In this document: positions 1-5,454 of the stretch, in pieces
Layout: each line of letters opens with the position of its first letter
Numbering within the stretch: the first letter of the stretch is position 1
NCBI GenBank assembly: GCA_016839945.1
Contig: JAEOTE010000142.1
Coordinates: forward strand, 1-10,135
Direction: 5' to 3'
Origin: Candidatus Heimdallarchaeota archaeon
GTDB taxonomy: Archaea; Asgardarchaeota; Heimdallarchaeia; Heimdallarchaeales; Heimdallarchaeaceae
Length of the DNA stretch: 10,135 nt
Translations under genes and position numbers: made by a program
The notes under the pieces: generated by a model
Databases searched by the model: none
What the model saw: only the letters and a program-made list of their open reading frames with translations
What the model was told of the DNA's origin: nothing

Positions 1-308
1 ACAGAACTAAAAACAGGTAGAGAAAGATCAAAAGATGTTGTTATTTCACCTCCATCTAGAAGAAAAGTAGCAATAACAGATTCATCTTTTCCTGCAATCA
101 AACTAAGCTTTTCTTGTAATAGTACAGTTTCCTCTTTAAGTAAGGGAATTTTCAAATTGGGGAACGATTCATCTTCACTTTCTTGAGAGGAATAAATAAA
201 CATTGGAGAGAAAACTATGGAAGAGAGGAACAAAATGAGTACCACTGATGTTTTAAGATATGGTGGGGCTATTCTTTTCTTGAAGTAGAGATTTTTTTTG
301 GTACTCAT
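1..308 (-). CDS. Secreted or membrane-anchored hypothetical protein, N-terminal part only (runs off the window start; absent from the ORF track)
   Basis: Manual translation from ATG at 308: MSTKKNLYFKKRIAPPYLKTSVVLILFLSSIVFSPMFIYSSQESEDESFPNLKIPLLKEETVLLQEKLSLIAGKDESVIATFLLDGGEITTSFDLSLPVFSS..., open to the window edge. A basic N-region followed by a hydrophobic stretch fits a signal peptide or anchor. SD-like GAGGGG at 322-317. Confidence 0.8.
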   Translation of the reverse strand, partial: MSTKKNLYFKKRIAPPYLKTSVVLILFLSSIVFSPMFIYSSQESEDESFPNLKIPLLKEETVLLQEKLSLIAGKDESVIATFLLDGGEITTSFDLSLPVFSS

Positions 309-409
309 GAAGCGTTCCCCTCATATTTTATATTAAGTAAGAATATTGATAAGACTTTATTTTTATAAAATTTAAAGTATTGAGTTCTAATTTTCTCGAG
401 TTCCTTCAT
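305..409 (-). CDS. Putative 34-aa small protein (MKELEKIRTQYFKFYKNKVLSIFLLNIKYEGNAS)
   Basis: Its ATG (409-407) overlaps the upstream gene's TGA (ATGA), and its own TGA (307-305) overlaps the downstream ATG (ATGA). SD GGAGGT at 421-416, 6 nt before the ATG. No recognisable homology. Confidence 0.35.
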   Translation of the reverse strand: MKELEKIRTQYFKFYKNKVLSIFLLNIKYEGNAS

Positions 410-1263
410 ATAGCGACCTCCAGCATATTCATAACAACAAAAGCTAAACCATTAAGGATGAAAATAACGAAAAGAGCTATTGTACCTGCTTTTTCGACCC
501 TTAACTGTTTGATAACCACCACTGATTCAATTAATAATCCTACGAAAATTAACTGAATTACGAATAATAAAACAATGACCCAAACATCCATTTGCAAAGG
601 AGAAACTGAGTATTCAAACTCAAAAACCAAGGACATGAGAATGCTTAACACGATAAAAGGTAATTGTGCAAAAATTATACCTTGAAATAAAGCTAACCTA
701 CCTATCTTTCTTTTGAATATTATACTTACTAGGAACTCACTAATTATGTAAGTTATAAGAACTGAAAGAATAAAAAAAACTGGTGCAAAATAGTCAGGAA
801 CTATATATGAAGGATAAAGGAAAATTGGGGTAACAGAAAGAAAATATGTTGCTACTCCAAAACCTATGAATAGAAGAATTGAGAAACCTAATGACCTCAC
901 TGGATCATTTGCTATAAATTGGAAGATATGTCTTAGAAAGATTGTATGCATAAAAGAAAAACGACCATATACTTGCAAACCAGGTGCAGAAACATCTAAC
1001 TCATCCTCTATTAGAGCATAAGCTCTGCTTCCTTTTTCAGTTAGAAGATATTTCTTTGATGTGTCTTGAGTGATTAATTCACCGAGAGTATCTAAGTGAT
1101 GATAGAGAGTTCCAACTTTCATCTGAAACCTTTCTTGGATTTCAGTAAAAGAAACGATTTTTTTTTCACCAATAAAACTAAGTAACTCTCTTCTAATTTC
1201 ATTTGAGAGAGCTTTCCATATTTCAGGTGAAGTTCGTTTCTTTGAAATCATAATAACTAACAT
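406..1263 (-). CDS. ArsR-like winged helix-turn-helix domain fused to a ~5-TM membrane domain (Yip1-like); putative membrane-bound regulator
   Basis: N-terminus ALSNEIRRELLSFI...SFTEIQERFQMKVGTLYHHLDTL...YLLTEKG is a typical ArsR/HTH_20 wHTH. The C-terminal ~160 aa has five hydrophobic segments. The start may be ATG 1251 (MISKK) instead of 1263. Confidence 0.8.
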   Translation of the reverse strand: MLVIMISKKRTSPEIWKALSNEIRRELLSFIGEKKIVSFTEIQERFQMKVGTLYHHLDTLGELITQDTSKKYLLTEKGSRAYALIEDELDVSAPGLQVYGRFSFMHTIFLRHIFQFIANDPVRSLGFSILLFIGFGVATYFLSVTPIFLYPSYIVPDYFAPVFFILSVLITYIISEFLVSIIFKRKIGRLALFQGIIFAQLPFIVLSILMSLVFEFEYSVSPLQMDVWVIVLLFVIQLIFVGLLIESVVVIKQLRVEKAGTIALFVIFILNGLAFVVMNMLEVAI

Positions 1264-1277
1264 TAATTGTCATCAGT

Positions 1278-1297
1278 TAATTTAAAATTTGGCTTTC
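1278..1297 (-). promoter_or_regulatory. Possible BRE/TATA promoter for the wHTH-membrane gene
   Basis: Minus strand reads GAAAGCCAAATTTTAAATTA: a purine-rich stretch then TTTAAA, about 30 nt upstream of ATG 1251. Weak evidence in AT-rich DNA. Confidence 0.3.
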
Positions 1298-1299
1298 TA

Positions 1300-2424
1300 T
1301 TAATGGGATTGAATTATGTTGTACATAGTATCTCTCTGAACAGGAATTCTTTTTGCATCTCTAATCAAATCAATAAATTCTTCTATTGATTTCTCCTCAC
1401 CAAATTGCCCACCTGCACTTTTAGTAATAGATTCAACAAAAAGCGTTCCTCCTAAATCATTTACTCCTGCATTAAGAGAAAGCTGAGCAAACTTTGGACC
1501 TAGTTTAACCCAAGAAGCTTGAATGTTTGGAATAACTTCTCCCATGTACAATCGAGCAGTACTAAAAAGTGCTAAATCGTGCATCCCTGTACTTCCAGGC
1601 CTCGCTCCTAAATATCTATAGAGTATAGTTTTATCGTGCACAAAAGGCAATGGTACAAATTCAGAAAAACCTTGGTAAATATCTTGGATATGTTTCAACA
1701 GAACTAGGTGTTCAGCTTCATCTTTATGTGATTCAATATGGCCATACATCATGGTTGATGTTGTCTTTAATCCTAATTGGTGAGCTGTTAAAACAATATT
1801 CACCCATTGATTGGTTGATATTTTTTCTGGGCAAATAATCTTACGAACATCATCTACTAAGATTTCAGCTGCTGTACCTGGCATTGAATCTAAACCATTG
1901 CTTATTAATTCCTTTAGAACATCTGCAACAGATTCTCCGGTGATTTGCGACATGTAAGCTATTTCAGCAGGGGAAAATGCATGTATATGTAACTTTGAAG
2001 TAGTTTGTCTGATTGTTTTGAGTATTTCTAAATAATAATCGAATGTTAATTCTGAGTCTAATCCGCCTTGAAGACAAACTTCAGTACATCCCCTTGCAAT
2101 TGCTTTTTCAACTTCTATCTTTATATCATCCAAAGACATTCGAAAAGCTGTCACATTGTTATTCTTTTCATCAGCTCTAAAGGAGCAGAATCTGCAAGAT
2201 CCTATACAATGGTTTGTAAAATTAATATTCTGATTTAAAACAAAAGAAACATTATCCCCTACTTGCTGTTTTCTTAAATCATCAGCTAAGGAAGTTTGAA
2301 TCCATAAATCCCTTCCTCTTTTGCTTAGCATTTTTGTGAGTTCTAATATCTCCTCTTCATGTGATTCATGAAAAGAAGATAAATCACACACTTCTTCTAT
2401 TTTAGGGGGAGAAAGCTTCTTCAT
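1300..2424 (-). CDS. cofH: FO synthase subunit 2 (5-amino-6-ribitylamino-uracil:L-tyrosine 4-hydroxyphenyl transferase), radical SAM
   Basis: ADDLRKQQVGDNVSFVLNQNINFTNHCIGSCRFCSF (CxxxCxxC), EVCLQGG, HIHAFSPAEI, SMPGTAAEIL, TMMYGHIE, NIQASWVKLG and NDLGGTL are CofH/MqnC-family motifs. Direct adjacency to cofG favours CofH over MqnC/MqnE. Confidence 0.92.
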   Translation of the reverse strand: MKKLSPPKIEEVCDLSSFHESHEEEILELTKMLSKRGRDLWIQTSLADDLRKQQVGDNVSFVLNQNINFTNHCIGSCRFCSFRADEKNNNVTAFRMSLDDIKIEVEKAIARGCTEVCLQGGLDSELTFDYYLEILKTIRQTTSKLHIHAFSPAEIAYMSQITGESVADVLKELISNGLDSMPGTAAEILVDDVRKIICPEKISTNQWVNIVLTAHQLGLKTTSTMMYGHIESHKDEAEHLVLLKHIQDIYQGFSEFVPLPFVHDKTILYRYLGARPGSTGMHDLALFSTARLYMGEVIPNIQASWVKLGPKFAQLSLNAGVNDLGGTLFVESITKSAGGQFGEEKSIEEFIDLIRDAKRIPVQRDTMYNIIQSH

Positions 2425-3487
2425 TTCTATAATGTTCCTCTATTATTTTGCGTATTCTATTGCTTAAATATTTTTCATATTCAGGGTAAACTGGTAACCT
2501 TGCCTTTAGAGAATAGTCTTGTTGTTCCAATTCTTGTCTCAGCTCTTCTTCTTTATGCCATTTCATATTAGGGTTAATATAATCTATAGATATTGGGGAA
2601 ACACCACCCAAATCATTAGCTCCACATCTTAACGATTCTATAATTCTCTCTGTGTTAAGATTAGGTGGTATTTGAATACTAATTTGTGAAGGTAAAATAC
2701 ATCTAGCTAAAGAAACAGAGAGTAAATATTCCTCTTCTGAAGGTGGAGGATTTCTTTGCATCGGTGTTCCTTGCTGAGGATTGAAATTTTGAACTATTAC
2801 TTCCTGAATATGTTTATACTTCTTACTTAATTTTGCTAATGCATCAAGAGATTCTATTCTTTCATCCCATGTTTCCCCTATACCAACTAAAATTCCTGTT
2901 GTGAAAGGTATTTTCAATTTTCCAGCATTCTCAATTACTTCTATTCGTAAACTTGGGTTCTTACCTGGAGAATACTGATGGGCTTCTCCTTCAGACATTA
3001 GTCGGTCACTACTTGATTCTAGCATTAATCCAAGACTTGCGTTACAATCCTTTAGATATTCCAACTCTTTGTATGGTAAGACACCTAAATTAGAATGAGG
3101 TAGTAAAAATTGACTTAATGCAACCTCACAAAAATAATGGACGTATTCGAATGTTGAGCTAAAACCTTGGTCTACAAGAAACTCTCTCGCTGATTGATAT
3201 TTATCTTCAGGTTTTTCTCCTAGAGTTAATAAAATTTCAGAACATTTGGATTCTTTAGCTTGTTTTATCATTTGTAGATAGTTTTCCTTTGTAATCCAAC
3301 TCTCTGGATCATCAGAAACAAAACCACAATAACTACATCGATTTCTACATTGTTGAGTTACAGGAACAAAGATATTCCTAGAAAAAGTTATTTCATTACC
3401 ATAATTTTTTCTAGCAATCTCACTACTCTTGGAGATAAGTTCTTCCTTGTTGTTTTGCAGTAGTGATAGATAATGTTCAACACTCAT
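2402..3487 (-). CDS. cofG: FO synthase subunit 1 (7,8-didemethyl-8-hydroxy-5-deazariboflavin synthase), radical SAM
   Basis: ITFSRNIFVPVTQQCRNRCSYCGF (CxxxCxxC), LPHSNLG, NASLGLMLE, IPFTTGILVGIGE, HIQEVIVQNF, QIPPNL, NDLGGVSP and RLPVYP are CofG signatures. Overlaps the cofH start by 23 nt. Confidence 0.93.
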   Translation of the reverse strand: MSVEHYLSLLQNNKEELISKSSEIARKNYGNEITFSRNIFVPVTQQCRNRCSYCGFVSDDPESWITKENYLQMIKQAKESKCSEILLTLGEKPEDKYQSAREFLVDQGFSSTFEYVHYFCEVALSQFLLPHSNLGVLPYKELEYLKDCNASLGLMLESSSDRLMSEGEAHQYSPGKNPSLRIEVIENAGKLKIPFTTGILVGIGETWDERIESLDALAKLSKKYKHIQEVIVQNFNPQQGTPMQRNPPPSEEEYLLSVSLARCILPSQISIQIPPNLNTERIIESLRCGANDLGGVSPISIDYINPNMKWHKEEELRQELEQQDYSLKARLPVYPEYEKYLSNRIRKIIEEHYRNEEAFSP

Positions 3488-3511
3488 TCAGACTCAGCTT
3501 CTTTAGCTATT

Positions 3512-4189
3512 TTACCTTTTATCTAATATTAATGAAACTAAGAAACCTTCCTCTAGTTCCTCTATATTTGTTATTTTAAGTTGTGGTGCAGTGGATATAT
3601 CTTCAATAACCTTTTCACTAAAAAGGTGCTTTGCATTAATACCACCTGCAAAAGCTGGAAAGTAAAAAACATACATTCTATCAATAAGATTATTTTTTAG
3701 AAATTGTGTTATAATTGTAGAACCACCCTCAACTAGTATCTTATTTATGTTATATTTCGATTTTAAGATTTCAAGAATAGATTTTAAATTAAGAAATCCG
3801 CTTTTTTCATCTTCTGAAACTGCAATCACATCTGTTTTACTTTTTGCAATTTCTTCTTTTTTTTCTTCAGAACATTTTTCAGAAACGAACACCAGAGTTT
3901 TGTTGACTTTCTGATTTTTGAGAACTTTTGAATTTAGAGGGATTCTACCATTAGAATCTAAAATTACTCTGAAAGGAGGTGGAGATTTAGGTTTCACATA
4001 CCTTATTGTTAACATTGGATTATCAGTAATGATTGTGTTAACCCCTACTAATATTGCGTCTACTGAATTTCTTAACTCATGAACTCTTACCCAATCTTCT
4101 GTTGTTGAAAGAAAAAGAGCTCCCTTATCCGAAGCAATAACGCCATCAAGAGAACTTGCTACATTAATTATTATTTCTGGTCTTTCCAT
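3512..4189 (-). CDS. arfC: 2,5-diamino-6-ribosylamino-4(3H)-pyrimidinone 5'-phosphate reductase (stand-alone RibD C-terminal domain; ArfC/Rib7 type)
   Basis: NVASSLDG, D..RVHELR...DAILVGVNTIITDNPMLT, RVILDSNGRIP and ILVEGGS motifs. It has no N-terminal Zn-deaminase domain, unlike bacterial RibD. Confidence 0.85.
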   Translation of the reverse strand: MERPEIIINVASSLDGVIASDKGALFLSTTEDWVRVHELRNSVDAILVGVNTIITDNPMLTIRYVKPKSPPPFRVILDSNGRIPLNSKVLKNQKVNKTLVFVSEKCSEEKKEEIAKSKTDVIAVSEDEKSGFLNLKSILEILKSKYNINKILVEGGSTIITQFLKNNLIDRMYVFYFPAFAGGINAKHLFSEKVIEDISTAPQLKITNIEELEEGFLVSLILDKR

Positions 4190-5322
4190 TTTACTAACCT
4201 ACCTTTGTACATTTGAAATCCTATATCAGAAGGTTCTGCTCGCATTGTGATTGCACTGTATATATCTTTAGATAATTTCAAGTTGGGATTTTCTAAATCT
4301 ATTCCTATAAAATCTGCACTAAATCCTTCTTTAATTTGCCCAATTTTCTTTTTTGCTATCAATCCAGGGTTGACTGTTATAGATTTTAATACTTCTCTTG
4401 GTGTGATTTTCTGATTATTATTCCGTGCATTAATGAGCGTGAAAGCCATTAATCTAAATGGATCAGGATTACAGCTTAGAACATTATCTGTTCCCAAACC
4501 TAGAATTATCCTCTTCCTTAGGATGGATTCTATTGGAGGAAATTTAAGTCCATAATACAAGCTTGAAGTTGGGCAACAAATTACACACATATTTTTTTCC
4601 TTTAATAGAGATAATTCATCTTCATTTGCATATGTTGCATGAACAACATAATCAAAAACTGAATAATCACATACCAACTCTATATCTCTTTTACCATATT
4701 TTGAGAGAGAATTAGAAAGCAGCTCCTCTGATTCAGAAACGTGTATCCCTACAAGTTTTTCTGGATTATTCTCTTTCAATGATTTTGTTGTTTTCACAAT
4801 TTCCTTATCTACTGCAAAAATATCAACAAAACCTAAACCATCACTTTCATTGAAAACATCTTCTAAATCTCCTTCTGCTTTACTTCTTCCAAATATCAGC
4901 CCTCTTAAAGGAAAACTAGATAATATGTTCTTGAGTAAAACAACTCCTTCCACTCCTTGTTCTCTAAAATCGAAAAAAGTAGTATAACCGTTGTGTACTA
5001 ACATCTCCAAAGAATTTTGTATACTATCTCTTCGTTCTTCTATAGTGCTAGTATTCAACTTATTATGTTTTATTCCTTCGGGACCTACAGTTTCATCAAG
5101 TGATAATCCATAACCTTGATCTTTAAGAAAAGCATCAGCAACATGAGTGTGTGCATTAACAAAACCCGGTATCAAGACATAAGAGGGGGGTAGCAGATAC
5201 GTTATTGGTTTTTGTTCTTTAGTTATTTCAACAATAATGCCTTGTTCATCTACTTGAATATACACACTTTGAACAAATTCCAAATCGGGCCCAATCAAAG
5301 CATTAGCACATATAGTGACCAT
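4171..5322 (-). CDS. Metal-dependent amidohydrolase, deaminase subtype (COG0402-like archaeal family)
   Basis: LIPGFVNAHTH (HxH), GIHVSE (HxxE), VHAT, CPTS, LGTDN and G.IKEGFSAD motifs. ATG 5322 (MVTI) is preferred over GTG 5331. Overlaps the reductase start by 19 nt. Confidence 0.88.
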   Translation of the reverse strand: MVTICANALIGPDLEFVQSVYIQVDEQGIIVEITKEQKPITYLLPPSYVLIPGFVNAHTHVADAFLKDQGYGLSLDETVGPEGIKHNKLNTSTIEERRDSIQNSLEMLVHNGYTTFFDFREQGVEGVVLLKNILSSFPLRGLIFGRSKAEGDLEDVFNESDGLGFVDIFAVDKEIVKTTKSLKENNPEKLVGIHVSESEELLSNSLSKYGKRDIELVCDYSVFDYVVHATYANEDELSLLKEKNMCVICCPTSSLYYGLKFPPIESILRKRIILGLGTDNVLSCNPDPFRLMAFTLINARNNNQKITPREVLKSITVNPGLIAKKKIGQIKEGFSADFIGIDLENPNLKLSKDIYSAITMRAEPSDIGFQMYKGRLVKWKDQK

Positions 5323-5349
5323 TTTGCACACGTTAAAATATTTGTGAGT

Positions 5350-5367
5350 GTATTAAGAGTTTTTTGA
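5350..5367 (-). promoter_or_regulatory. Putative BRE/TATA promoter of the deaminase-arfC-cofG-cofH operon
   Basis: Minus strand CAAAAAACTCTTAATA. The TATA-like element lies about 29 nt upstream of ATG 5322 and no SD is apparent, consistent with a near-leaderless mRNA. Confidence 0.4.
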
Positions 5368-5387
5368 ATACATAACAAGTTTACATT

Positions 5388-5410
5388 CGCAAAAATCATT
5401 ATATTTATAA
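5388..5410 (+). promoter_or_regulatory. Putative BRE/TATA promoter of the EF-2-family gene
   Basis: CGCAAAAATCATTATATTTATAA: an A-rich BRE-like stretch followed by TTATAT/TTTATAA, about 45 nt upstream of ATG 5455. Confidence 0.5.
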
Positions 5411-5454
5411 TGCAACCTTTGAAATTAGCGTCAAAGTAAAAATAGTTGATAAAG

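Noticed and set aside
1650-1838. 62-aa plus-strand ORF
   Set aside because: Entirely antisense to cofH with no recognisable motif; shadow ORF.
1300-2424. Annotation as MqnC/MqnE (futalosine menaquinone pathway)
   Set aside because: Same family, but the overlap with cofG and the upstream pyrimidine reductase point to CofH.
3512-4189. Annotation as dihydrofolate reductase
   Set aside because: Same fold, but the G..T...DNP.LT motif, the length and the operon context fit the riboflavin pyrimidine reductase.
5323-5454. FMN riboswitch or structured ncRNA upstream of the flavin/deazaflavin operon
   Set aside because: The gap is only ~130 nt, very AT-rich, holds two promoter-like elements and lacks the RFN consensus.
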